Shown here: positions 1 to 9,421 of the stretch, piece after piece | Layout: every line of letters begins with the position of its first letter | How positions within the stretch are numbered: the stretch's first letter is position 1 | DNA from: Bdellovibrionales bacterium | Lineage (GTDB): Bacteria > Bdellovibrionota > Bdellovibrionia > Bdellovibrionales > UBA1609 | Assembly (NCBI GenBank): GCA_965200875.1 | Contig: OZ241456.1 | Coordinates: forward strand, 608,001 to 672,000 | Reading direction: 5' to 3' | Length of the DNA: 64,000 bases | Notes under the pieces: model-generated | Told to the model about the DNA's origin: nothing | Database searches by the model: none | What the model saw: the letters and a program-made list of their open reading frames with translations, nothing else | Translations under genes and position numbers: made by a program

Positions 1-1020
1 ATGATGGGCCTGATGATGTCTTTTTTCTTTATGTCCATGTTGTTTTTTTATCTGGCTATTTTTTCCCCTCAGTTTTTAGGGGACACAGAAGATCTGGAAG
101 AAGAGGCAATCAAAACGGCCACTATTGAGTTTAAGAAGAAGCGGGTGGTAAAATTGAAACTGGCTGACAAATCCCGAAAAAAGAAAACAAAGCTTTCCAT
201 ACCTCAAAAGCAAAAAGTTTCAAAGAAAAGGAAAAAAGTGGGCATTAAAAAACAAGGTGCTCCAGGACGTTTGGGGCAAGTTGCGGCCAAACCAATGGAA
301 AAATCTAAAAAGAAAACTATTACTTCTGCTCGTCCGGGAGGTTCTGTCACTACTAAAAAAAGAGGAGCCGGGCCAAAAAGTCCTCGTCCTGATCCAACAA
401 AAATTGGTTTGTTGGGGGTTTTTGGGAAAAAAGGTGCTCAGAAACAGCTGGATAAGGCTTACTCTGGAACTGGAGAATTGGCTGGTTTGGCTGAACAGGC
501 AACAGGTCATGCTGGACAGGAAGATTCTTATGCCGGTGAGGGAATAGGCACTAAATTTAAAAATACAGGAGCAGGAGGAAAAGGCACAAACCTGATTGGC
601 GTGTCTGCCGGCATTAAGACAAAAGGCCGGGGAGGAGGAGCCAGGGGTTATGGCACCGGTGGTAGCCTAGGTAAAAGAGGTATGGTTCAATTGGAATTAG
701 GGACTTCTGACTGGGAAGTGGAAGGTGGAATAGATAAAAATGCTATTTTGAGAGTGATACGTCGTAACAAATATCAGCTAGAATCCTGTTATGAGTTTGC
801 TTTACAAAAAAGACCTGACTTGGAAGGTAAAGTTCTGGTTCAATGGAATATAGTGAATGAAAGAGTAAGAAGTGCTAAAGTAAAAAGAAATACAACAAGA
901 GACTCAGCTTTGGCTCGTTGTTTAATGGCCCGTTTGCGTAATTTTCGTTTTACAGGAACAGGTTTAAGAAAAGGACAAATAGGAGAAGTGACTATTCCGT
1001 TCGTGGTTACAAAAAAATAA
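1..1020 (+). CDS. AgmX/PglI/GltG-type protein with TonB-like C-terminal domain (probably 5'-truncated by the window)
   Basis: TM helix, Lys-rich then Gly-rich linker, C-terminal GGIDKNAILRVIRR..CYE.AL...P.LEGKV...W domain; followed by exbB/exbD-like genes. Confidence 0.8.
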   Translation: MMGLMMSFFFMSMLFFYLAIFSPQFLGDTEDLEEEAIKTATIEFKKKRVVKLKLADKSRKKKTKLSIPQKQKVSKKRKKVGIKKQGAPGRLGQVAAKPMEKSKKKTITSARPGGSVTTKKRGAGPKSPRPDPTKIGLLGVFGKKGAQKQLDKAYSGTGELAGLAEQATGHAGQEDSYAGEGIGTKFKNTGAGGKGTNLIGVSAGIKTKGRGGGARGYGTGGSLGKRGMVQLELGTSDWEVEGGIDKNAILRVIRRNKYQLESCYEFALQKRPDLEGKVLVQWNIVNERVRSAKVKRNTTRDSALARCLMARLRNFRFTGTGLRKGQIGEVTIPFVVTKK

Positions 1021-1038
1021 AAAACAGGAGGTGTTACC

Positions 1039-1734
1039 TTGGAAGAAAAAACTTTAGAAATGATACATAAATGTGAATCCGCTGGGAACTTTATCAGCAA
1101 AGCTTTTTGCGAAGGGGGAACCGCGATGTACTTTATCGCGGCGGTGGGTTTTTTGGTGATTTTTCTCATTATTGAAAGATTTTTAAGTTTAAAATCATTG
1201 GTTTTGAATAAGAGTAATGTGTGTGAAAATCTGTTTGGGTTGTTGCTTCAAGGGAATATCCGACAGGCTATTGCGTTTTGTGATACCACACCAGCACCTC
1301 TTACAGAAACTTTAAAAGCTGGCCTGATTAAAGTTATAGAAAAAAGACCGGATGAGGAAGTGCAAGTGGCAATGGATGCAGCTGTTTTGCGTGTCACTCC
1401 TCGTATAGAAGGCTGGGCTTCTTTTTTGGCAGTTTTTGGAAATATAAGTGTGTTGATAGGTCTTTTGGGGACTATTATTGGTTTAATTAAGTCTTTTGGC
1501 GGTGTGGCTGAAGCGGATGCGGCAACTAAAGCGGCTGTTTTGTCGACGGGTATTTCTGAAGCTCTGAATTGCACGGCTTTTGGTTTAGCAGTGGCTATTG
1601 TGGCTATTACGGCTTATGGTTTTTTTCAGATCAGAATTGGTCGTGCTACGAATGATTTGCTGGAAACCTCAATGGAATTAATGAATCGGATAGTTTCCAA
1701 TAGGGATAAAATTCACGATAAATCAGACCAATAA
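1039..1734 (+). CDS. MotA/TolQ/ExbB proton channel protein (AglR-like)
   Basis: LIGLLGTIIGLI..F and GISEALNCTAFGLAVAI motifs; GGAGG SD before the TTG start. Confidence 0.9.
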   Translation: MEEKTLEMIHKCESAGNFISKAFCEGGTAMYFIAAVGFLVIFLIIERFLSLKSLVLNKSNVCENLFGLLLQGNIRQAIAFCDTTPAPLTETLKAGLIKVIEKRPDEEVQVAMDAAVLRVTPRIEGWASFLAVFGNISVLIGLLGTIIGLIKSFGGVAEADAATKAAVLSTGISEALNCTAFGLAVAIVAITAYGFFQIRIGRATNDLLETSMELMNRIVSNRDKIHDKSDQ

Positions 1735-1812
1735 GGTTTTTTAGCCTTTGTGGATTATTAAATGGAGAGAGCGACAATAGCTCTGAATATATAATAAAAA
1801 AAAGGTGGTTTT

Positions 1813-2286
1813 ATGGCTCATGTGGAAGAAACAGGTGATAAGAAGAGTATAGCTGTCGAGTTAAATCTTGTGCCTTTTATTGATTTAATGAGTGTGTGTA
1901 TTATATTTTTGCTCATCACGGCTGTTTGGACTCAAATTTCCATGATTCAGCTGGGAAGTTCTCTTTATTCCAAAAAAACAGAGGCAACGGCTTTGGAAGA
2001 GCCTCCTCTTGGTGCGGATATTCCTTTTCGTGTAAATGTGTTGGAAACCGGTTTTGAGATTTTAATTGGCAAGGAGCGGATAAATATTCCTCGGCAAGGT
2101 AGAAAGTACAATGAAAGGACTTTGCTTAAAGAAATTAGAAAAATCAAGTTGGTTTATCCTGAGAAAAAAGATGCTATAGTGGCTTCCCGTGATCGTGTGA
2201 AATATGAATATGTTGTAGGGGCGATGGATGCACTTTTAAACGGGGGTTTTCCTGAAGTAGTTATCGCCACGGGGGAGATGTTGTAA
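1813..2286 (+). CDS. ExbD/TolR family protein
   Basis: ELNLVPFIDLMSVCIIFLLIT motif. Confidence 0.9.
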   Translation: MAHVEETGDKKSIAVELNLVPFIDLMSVCIIFLLITAVWTQISMIQLGSSLYSKKTEATALEEPPLGADIPFRVNVLETGFEILIGKERINIPRQGRKYNERTLLKEIRKIKLVYPEKKDAIVASRDRVKYEYVVGAMDALLNGGFPEVVIATGEML

Positions 2287-2855
2287 TGCCTATTCATGTT
2301 CCTGGTAAAAGAGCCAAAGGAAGAAGAAAAATATTGGGAGGCAAGAGAAATGTAGTGGCCGTTTTACAGCTGACGGCTATGGTGGATATGTTCACTGTTT
2401 TAGTGGTGTTCTTACTACAAAACTATGCTTCCACTAATCAGATTTTGCCTATATCCGATCAAATTGCTCTCCCGCAGGCATCCACTGTTAAGGAGTTAAA
2501 ACCTTCTTTTGTTGTTGTGTTGTCGAAAGAATTTGTTTCCTTTAATGAAAAAAAATTGGCGACTTTTCAAGATGTGCAAAATAACACAGATTGGGTCATT
2601 GTCCCTTTGTTGGAATCCGTTAAAGCTGCGATCGACAAATTAAACCAGGAAAATAAAAGTGTGAGCAGAAAAGATGAAACGGGAGCGGATGTGCCACCTT
2701 TTCAGTATAAAATGACTTTGCAGGCAGATAAGGATATTGATTTTCTCTCTGTGAAAAAAATTCTTTATACTTTGACAGAAGCAGGTGTGCAGGAAATAAA
2801 TTTTGCGGTTATTAAAGTAAAATCAGAAGATAAATATGGTTTTGTAAATCCATAA
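2286..2855 (+). CDS. Second ExbD/TolR family protein
   Basis: LTAMVDMFTVLVVFLL and QADKDIDF motifs; TAATG overlap with the previous gene. Confidence 0.88.
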   Translation: MPIHVPGKRAKGRRKILGGKRNVVAVLQLTAMVDMFTVLVVFLLQNYASTNQILPISDQIALPQASTVKELKPSFVVVLSKEFVSFNEKKLATFQDVQNNTDWVIVPLLESVKAAIDKLNQENKSVSRKDETGADVPPFQYKMTLQADKDIDFLSVKKILYTLTEAGVQEINFAVIKVKSEDKYGFVNP

Positions 2856-2856
2856 A

Positions 2857-4155
2857 ATGATCAATATTCATAATTTAATGTCTGTATTCAGTCGGCACGA
2901 TAACTGGCCGGAAGTAAAAAAAATTATTTTAACTTTAAATCAAAATGGTTTTATGGCTTATCTGGCAGGTGGCTGTGTCAGGGACGCATTATTGAACAGG
3001 ACTCCCAAGGACTTTGATGTTGCCACTTCTGCCCGCACAGAAGAAGTTTTGCGTATGTTTCCGAAAGGCAATAAGCAGGGAAAAGCTTTTGGTGTGGTTG
3101 CCGTTTTTTGTTCAAAAGGTTCGGTGGAGGTGGCTACTTTTAGAAAAGATGGTCCTTATGCAGATGGACGACACCCACAATATGTGGAGTTTTTATCTGA
3201 CAGAGAAGATGCTTTAAGAAGGGACTTTACTGTTAATGCTCTTTTTTATGATATAAAAACAGACAAGGTAATTGATTATGTTGGCGGAGTTGCAGATCTG
3301 AAAAAAAAGATTATCAGAACTGTTGGAAAACCAGAACAACGTTTTCAGGAAGATCATTTAAGAATTTTGCGCGCACTTCGGTTCAGCATTAAACTGGATT
3401 TTGCAATAGAAAAAATTACGAAAAAAGCCGTGTTTAAAAAGAAGGACGCACTTTTAAAAATATCCCGTGAAAGAGTTTATGAAGAGTGCCTTAAAATATT
3501 AAAATCCGGGAATTTTACAAGAGCACTTTCCGGTTTTAAAGATTTGAACTTATTGAACAATTTTCTTTTTCCCGTTATTTCTGTCTCTGAACAGACTTTT
3601 AATAATAAAGAAATTAACTGGGATTTTTGCAGGGAATTTTGTAATCAGCCTGTTCCTGTTGAATTAATGAGGGAAAAAAGCTTTCTTTGGATTTATGTGT
3701 TTTTCCCTGTGTTAATTCAAACAGAAAATGAAAAATGGAAAAAAGCATTTAGTGATAATTTGAAAAACTGGAAGTTTCCTTCTGCTTTGATAAGAGAAGT
3801 GAATGAAATTTTTTATTCGTCTTGTTGTATATTGGGTTTTCAGTCAGCTTCTTTTGGAAAAAAATTAAGAATACTGAACTCTGATTTTTCACGAAGTATT
3901 TTATTTTTATGCAAAAACCATTTAAAAGCTAGGAAATTGTATCAACAAGCTAGGGATATTAATACACTGGAAAAAGAGTTTATATCGAGAGCACCGGAAG
4001 GGAAATTACCCAAGCCTCTTATCAACGGAAATGATCTTAAAGCTTTGGGGATCCTGGAGGATAAAAATATGGCTCATATTTTGGAGAGCCTCTATGACAA
4101 ACAGCTGGAGCGAAAAATCACGGAAAAGGAAATTTTGCTGGAAACATTGAAGTGA
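2857..4155 (+). CDS. cca: CCA-adding tRNA nucleotidyltransferase
   Basis: GGCVRD..L...PKDFDVAT, RRDFTVNA, EDHLRILRALRF. Confidence 0.88.
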   Translation: MINIHNLMSVFSRHDNWPEVKKIILTLNQNGFMAYLAGGCVRDALLNRTPKDFDVATSARTEEVLRMFPKGNKQGKAFGVVAVFCSKGSVEVATFRKDGPYADGRHPQYVEFLSDREDALRRDFTVNALFYDIKTDKVIDYVGGVADLKKKIIRTVGKPEQRFQEDHLRILRALRFSIKLDFAIEKITKKAVFKKKDALLKISRERVYEECLKILKSGNFTRALSGFKDLNLLNNFLFPVISVSEQTFNNKEINWDFCREFCNQPVPVELMREKSFLWIYVFFPVLIQTENEKWKKAFSDNLKNWKFPSALIREVNEIFYSSCCILGFQSASFGKKLRILNSDFSRSILFLCKNHLKARKLYQQARDINTLEKEFISRAPEGKLPKPLINGNDLKALGILEDKNMAHILESLYDKQLERKITEKEILLETLK

Positions 4156-5318
4156 AAAAAGAATGTGTTGAAACTGTAAACATAAAAAGTCCCACGAGAA
4201 TTGATTTAGCAGGTGGGTTTTTGGATATTTGGCCTGTTCATGCCTTGATACAGGATTGTTTTGTGGTTAATTGCTCCATTCCTGTATTTACTTTTGTCAA
4301 TTTATCATATTCAAAATCTGAAGATCATAAAATCCGATATGTGAACACCCATAAAAAAAAAGGGGGTACTCAAATAAATATAGAGATTTCCTCTCCTTCT
4401 GGTCTATACAGAAAATCTTTTTTTGGTTGGAATAAATTATTGGAAGAGCCACAGCCTGAATTGGATTTGTTGAAAAAACATATAGAGTATTGGAGTGGTT
4501 TTAAATGTAAAACCTTTGGGTCGGAAAATCCACAATCATTCAGGCTGAATCGTGAATGGGAGCAAAAGAAAGCTCAGATTGAAAGCTTTAGTCCAAAAAG
4601 TGACAATAGAGAAAGTGAAGAATGGACGATTTGTTTAAAATCAGACTCACCAGTAGGAGGGGGGTTGGGAGCTAGTTCCAGTTTGTGCATAAGCCTTGTA
4701 CAAGCCTTTGGTTCTTTGTTTAATCTTCAGTTTACACAACTGGAGTTATTGTCTCTTTGTCGGGATTTGGAAACTTCTCTTCTGCATGCTCCAGCTGGTA
4801 TTCAGGATTATATTCCCGCAATGGAGACAAAACCTGATTTTATGTATATCATCGAATGTTCTCCCTTTGGACCTAAGTGGAAAAAAAAAGAAACTCCCTT
4901 GGAATTTTTCAAAGAGCATCTGTTACTGGTGGATACGGGTAAAAGTCATCATTCTGGAGATAATAACTGGCAAAATCTGAAAAAAGTGATGGAAAAAGAT
5001 CAAACAATTTTGCGGGGGCTGAATCAGCTCAGGGATAATGCCTTAAAAACTGCTGAGCTTTGTGAAATGGAAAACTGGTCTGATTTATTTGCCTGTTTAA
5101 ACAGGGAGCAGAAGTTAAGAGAAAAACTTTTTTCCAACTGGCTTGGCACTCATGTAAACTCTGTTATCAGCTTGGTTCAGGAAGCAGGAGCACGGGCTGT
5201 AAAACTGTGCGGCGCAGGAGGAGGAGGCTCTCTTATTGTACTGGCAAAGAGCAAAAAAAATAAAAAACATATTGAACATATCTGTAAAAAAAATCAAATC
5301 ACGGTTGTAATGGGTTAG
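4152..5318 (+). CDS. GHMP-family sugar kinase (HddA-like)
   Basis: PTRIDLAGG..D, PVGGGLGASS, GIQD, KLCGAGGGG. Confidence 0.85.
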   Translation: MKKECVETVNIKSPTRIDLAGGFLDIWPVHALIQDCFVVNCSIPVFTFVNLSYSKSEDHKIRYVNTHKKKGGTQINIEISSPSGLYRKSFFGWNKLLEEPQPELDLLKKHIEYWSGFKCKTFGSENPQSFRLNREWEQKKAQIESFSPKSDNRESEEWTICLKSDSPVGGGLGASSSLCISLVQAFGSLFNLQFTQLELLSLCRDLETSLLHAPAGIQDYIPAMETKPDFMYIIECSPFGPKWKKKETPLEFFKEHLLLVDTGKSHHSGDNNWQNLKKVMEKDQTILRGLNQLRDNALKTAELCEMENWSDLFACLNREQKLREKLFSNWLGTHVNSVISLVQEAGARAVKLCGAGGGGSLIVLAKSKKNKKHIEHICKKNQITVVMG

Positions 5319-5330
5319 TATCAGAGGATT

Positions 5331-6491
5331 TTAAACTTTATGGCTTTTTCGGTGATACTCGCTTTTTTGCTTTTGAAAAGTGCGCACAGATTGAAGGTTA
5401 AAAAGAGAATTTGTATTTGTTATCTTTGAGGGAAGATTATCTGCCGTAGCCAGCCAGTTTTCCTTGTCTTCCATACACAAAAACAAATTCCACTGAGAGG
5501 ATTTTTTTTTAAATGCAGAAAAAATAAAACGAAACATTTTTTGCCTTAATTCGTTGTCGTATCTGAGTTTACCATCACGGCTTTTAAAGTATTCTCCTTT
5601 TGTAACGAGAGAACGCATACCAAATCTTTCTCTCATTAAATGTCTTTGTTCAGGTTGAAAGCGCAAAGCTCCCAGAGAAATATGAGCAACCTCTTCTGGT
5701 CGAAACAAGGAGGTAATTTGACAAACCATATCTGAGTAATTTGCTTTCCAAGCTTTATGGTAAATTATGGGATCTATGTGAAAGGCCACAGGAAATCCTT
5801 TGTCTCGGCAGAGCCGTGCTGAACCAAGACGCGCGTTTAAACAGGCTGTGCTGTGTTCCTCTTTTTCAATAATGTGCTGAGGATTTAAAGACCAGCTGAC
5901 AATAACATTTCCGCCATGTTCCTGATGGACAAAATTTTTAATGTTGGCGGACTTTGTCTTAAACTCCAAAGTCCAATGAGAATATTTTTTAAAGTAATTT
6001 ACCAGTCGTCTGGAATACAAGGTAATATCATCTAGGCTAAGGCTGTCTGTTAATTCTCCTGTGCCTATACGGAGTTTATGCTCTTTCATGGTTTTTGCTA
6101 TTTCCGATAATTCATTCAGGGCGGATTCAATGTTGGTGTAAATAGTTACAAAAGGAAAATTAATCAGATCTTGAAGATAACAATAAGAGCAGTCCATTTC
6201 ACAATGTTGCCCCAGATTGAGAACAAAATAATTACAGCAGATAAGTCCCGGTCGCGCCCCCGGACATCTTTTAAAAAACTTTCCCTTGAAGGAGCAAAGC
6301 AAAAGATTTTTTTTACTTTGGTTGAATTGAACCGCACTCATACGTGCAATATTTTTCAACTCAGACTTACTGTTGATAATATGGACACAGTTTTCAGGAT
6401 ATATTTTTAAAACTCTTTTCGCACTGTCAGAGGAAAGAGAGTCTTTTTCAATATAAATATTTTCAAAGGTGTTTAAAAGTGTTTGTGTCAT
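5331..6491 (-). CDS. Spore photoproduct lyase-like radical SAM protein
   Basis: CEMDCSYCYL (CxxxCxxC), RIGTGELTDSL, LEFKTKS, VSWSLNP. Confidence 0.85.
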   Translation of the reverse strand: MTQTLLNTFENIYIEKDSLSSDSAKRVLKIYPENCVHIINSKSELKNIARMSAVQFNQSKKNLLLCSFKGKFFKRCPGARPGLICCNYFVLNLGQHCEMDCSYCYLQDLINFPFVTIYTNIESALNELSEIAKTMKEHKLRIGTGELTDSLSLDDITLYSRRLVNYFKKYSHWTLEFKTKSANIKNFVHQEHGGNVIVSWSLNPQHIIEKEEHSTACLNARLGSARLCRDKGFPVAFHIDPIIYHKAWKANYSDMVCQITSLFRPEEVAHISLGALRFQPEQRHLMRERFGMRSLVTKGEYFKSRDGKLRYDNELRQKMFRFIFSAFKKKSSQWNLFLCMEDKENWLATADNLPSKITNTNSLFNLQSVRTFQKQKSEYHRKSHKV

Positions 6492-6511
6492 TTTTTAATG
6501 AAATACCTCAA

Positions 6512-7348
6512 TTATGTATTTGATTCTTTTTCAGTGGGTTTTAATTTTTCGAATACAGGAAAAAGGTTAATTTTTTCTGTTTTTTCTTTCAGTTCTTTTT
6601 GGTTTTGACACCATATTTTGATTTCCAGACCAGTTTTATCTCCTTTTCTGCGCCACTCAGCTCTGACCTGAGCCGGCCAGGGTATTTTTCTTAAATTTTC
6701 TCTTTTTATTTGATCTTGAGAAAAGGTAAGAGGTTTTCGTTTTTGCTCTATAAACTGTATAGCGGATTCCGGTGAGATATTTTGAATATCTGGAGAAAGA
6801 ATTTCATTAGGCGAAAAGCCCATAAGTAACAGTTCTACTCCTGATTCCATAGCTTTCAGGCCAAGAGAATGGGAAACATCACACTTACCAATCCATTCCA
6901 GCAAAAAATATATCTGTTTTGGACTTTCTAGGGAATTAAGTATACGCAGTTCATTCAGGTGAATAGCTTTTTTATTAGTCCAGTTTTGAAAGGCAAATGG
7001 GGTGGAGATAAATATTTTCAGCTGCTTGATTAAAAAGTCTGGGTCTTGGTTTAAACCATATAAAGTTAAAAAGTCTTTCCATGAAAAAGATAGTTTTTTC
7101 TCTTGTTTGCTCCATTTTGAAATAATTCGTCCTAACTCTGATAAATTAAGCTGAGGGTGACAGGTGTGAAATAAGTGTAAAAACTGCACTGTATCAGCCG
7201 TGAAATTCAGGACAGATTGGCTTATATGGGTAAAACCAGCCATAATTGTTTTTTCCCAAGCGAAAGCAGGCCAGCTTTTTGGCCAGGGTTTTTCAGGCTG
7301 AAAATCCAGTGATTTTTGACATTCTTGGTACGGGACTAAATTCATCAC
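6512..7348 (-). CDS. Hypothetical protein
   Basis: 278-aa ORF, AGAGG SD, co-oriented with the SPL-like gene; no recognised motif. Confidence 0.7.
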   Translation of the reverse strand: MMNLVPYQECQKSLDFQPEKPWPKSWPAFAWEKTIMAGFTHISQSVLNFTADTVQFLHLFHTCHPQLNLSELGRIISKWSKQEKKLSFSWKDFLTLYGLNQDPDFLIKQLKIFISTPFAFQNWTNKKAIHLNELRILNSLESPKQIYFLLEWIGKCDVSHSLGLKAMESGVELLLMGFSPNEILSPDIQNISPESAIQFIEQKRKPLTFSQDQIKRENLRKIPWPAQVRAEWRRKGDKTGLEIKIWCQNQKELKEKTEKINLFPVFEKLKPTEKESNT

Positions 7349-7448
7349 AAAAATTTACCTCTTTTGCTTTCTTAAGTAAAATAAAAAAGACCTGTCCTTG
7401 CTTTAAATAAGTTTTTTTGTTAGTTTTTTTCTGAAAGGGGTATTTTTA

Positions 7449-8180
7449 ATGAAAGTACATATAATTTTTGCCTTCTTATTTTGTTTTGCACATTTTCCAG
7501 CAAATGCTCAATCGGTTTCAGCTCAAGGGAAAGATGTGAGCGTTGATTCTGATATAATACACATTTATAAATATGATTCTGATTGGGAAAATTGCGACAA
7601 GCCTATTATGGAATCTTGGCATGCACACGAAATACTTGAAGCTGAGGGAGTGATTGTATTTGCCATTGGTTCAGGGTATGATGGTCTTGTGTATTCCATA
7701 GAGGAATGGGGCTGTGGAAGTGACCCCACTAGGATTCATATTTTTTCTATAGAAAGAAAAAACCTCGAAATCGCACAGAGACTGGGTTTTGAGTATTGTT
7801 CAGATCTGGAAGACAAAGGCGGGAAATGTCATTTTATATCCTATTCGGATCTTAACCCTGAAAATAAATCGCGGGCGCATGTGAGTATTTATAAACCTTC
7901 TGGGCAAACATTGTGCCAGCCGGATTCCGGAAAAAGTGTTAACGATATGGAAGAGGAATTGACTTCTGCCCGGATTGTTGTTTACCAAAGATATTCAGCC
8001 GTTGATGGACTTTCTTATCCTCTTGTATGTGGTGGTGGTACGGAACATATTAATGTGTATGTTATAGAGAAACAACGTTTGGAGCATAGTAAAGTAATGG
8101 GGTTTCGTGAATGCGCTTGGTTGAGTATGCAAGGTGGTGGATGTTTTCCTGTAAATTCCATGATGTATAGTAAAAATTAA
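7449..8180 (+). CDS. Secreted protein with two copies of a Cys-containing domain
   Basis: Signal peptide ending ANA; duplicated YK...C...L...I.V....DG....CG.....I....I.......GF..C pattern. Confidence 0.75.
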   Translation: MKVHIIFAFLFCFAHFPANAQSVSAQGKDVSVDSDIIHIYKYDSDWENCDKPIMESWHAHEILEAEGVIVFAIGSGYDGLVYSIEEWGCGSDPTRIHIFSIERKNLEIAQRLGFEYCSDLEDKGGKCHFISYSDLNPENKSRAHVSIYKPSGQTLCQPDSGKSVNDMEEELTSARIVVYQRYSAVDGLSYPLVCGGGTEHINVYVIEKQRLEHSKVMGFRECAWLSMQGGGCFPVNSMMYSKN

Positions 8181-8194
8181 ACCAAGGAGTTCAG

Positions 8195-8731
8195 ATGTGG
8201 ACTGTATCTTTTCGCCTAGGATTGTTGTTTGTATTTTGTATTTCTGGTTGCGGTAAAAAACCAACTAAGCCAAGAGTTGGAAAACCGCCGGTAGATTCCA
8301 CTACAAAAAGTCCTGGCACTACTCCTCCAACCGGAGGAACTGGTAATACTCCTCCAGTTACTCCTCCTCCTTCTGGCCACATTCCTAGTTCAGAGGTTAA
8401 AAAAGAATTTGTATATGTTTTTAAATATACAGGCAGAAGGACTTGTTCATCTTCTGCAACAGATGTAAGTATGATGATATATGATCTGCACGAATTAGGT
8501 ATTCCAGTATATGATTCATTTGCAACAAAAGATGGTAGTAAAAAACCTGATGGATGCGGAAAAAAAACACCTGATATCAATGTGTATCGTATTGACCGAT
8601 CTCACTTGCAGTTAAGTGAAGACCGTGGAGGTTTTTGTGAGTGTAAGCTTAAATCTGAAAAAACTGACTCTGAAAAACCCGTATGCGTTCCTTATGAATA
8701 CGAAAACGAAATACAGCCTGCCTGTAATTAA
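8195..8731 (+). CDS. Lipoprotein with Pro/Thr linker and one copy of the same domain
   Basis: Lipobox-like ISGC, AAGGAG SD, Pro/Thr/Gly linker, domain similar to the upstream gene. Confidence 0.75.
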   Translation: MWTVSFRLGLLFVFCISGCGKKPTKPRVGKPPVDSTTKSPGTTPPTGGTGNTPPVTPPPSGHIPSSEVKKEFVYVFKYTGRRTCSSSATDVSMMIYDLHELGIPVYDSFATKDGSKKPDGCGKKTPDINVYRIDRSHLQLSEDRGGFCECKLKSEKTDSEKPVCVPYEYENEIQPACN

Positions 8732-8873
8732 TGGTTTTTGAAAAAGTATGTTATTTTCCTGGATTCCCGTTTTCACGGGACTGAAAGCCAACAACTTTGC
8801 TTTCAGTTTCCTTGGGAAAGTACATGAAAAAAGAGTGTGATAGTTGAAGCACTATGGGTTTTTCATGGGTGAC
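8731..8873. mobile_element. MITE-like repeat, long form (copy 1)
   Basis: Ends ATGGTTTTTGAAAAAG / TTTTTCATGGGTGAC, TAATTA on both flanks; aligns along its length with 30542-30683, 40631-40764 and 62808-62930. Confidence 0.85.
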
Positions 8874-8879
8874 TAATTA

Positions 8880-9043
8880 ATGGTTTTTGAAAAAGGTTGT
8901 TTATATGTACAGCTTATTTGCTCATACCTCATCACTTGGTCTCAAACATGCGTTTTGCCACGCACGCGTCTTCCAGTCGAGCTGTGCTCAAAGCCGAACT
9001 CACATCGCGGAGGGTATGAGTAATAAGTTTTTTCCCAAGCTAC
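8880..9043. mobile_element. MITE-like repeat with different cargo, in tandem with copy 1
   Basis: Left end identical to copy 1; right end TTTTTCCCAAGCTAC followed by TAATTA; internal inverted repeat 8913-9027. Confidence 0.6.
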
Positions 9044-9365
9044 TAATTATTTTTTTTTTATTTTTTCTCCCGAAGGTTTTTCACAGGATAGTCTGCCTCC
9101 AGCGGTTCCTTATATGGATCAGGTCGTAAAAAGAAAAAAAACTGTTATTGTGGAGAAATGTTTAAAACATATTGAATGGGAAACAGGTTTTATGATGGTG
9201 GAACTTAAGGTATCTAAGGAAGGAAAAACAAGTGCTAGGTTAGTGGCGACAGAATTGGAAAATGAGAAATTTCTAACTTGTGTTTTGTCCGTATTAAACA
9301 GGATCCAATTTAAAAAATTTGCAAAAACAATTATAACCCGTATTTACCGTTTTTTTATTTTGTAA
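9016..9365 (+). pseudogene. Small TonB-C/AgmX-domain protein split by a frameshift at a T tract
   Basis: ATG 9016 (MSNKFFPKLLIIFF) is out of frame with 9114-9365 (EKC...G.MMVELKV..EG...TCV..VL..IQF); one extra T in T10 (9050-9059) joins them. Confidence 0.55.
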
Positions 9366-9421
9366 CCATATTTCGGTGGTAGGTGTAAATAAATGGGATT
9401 GAATTATGGAGAACATATAAT

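Noticed and set aside
8887..9015. 5' part of the 80-aa ORF
   Set aside because: Lies inside the repeat element; TTG start without an SD
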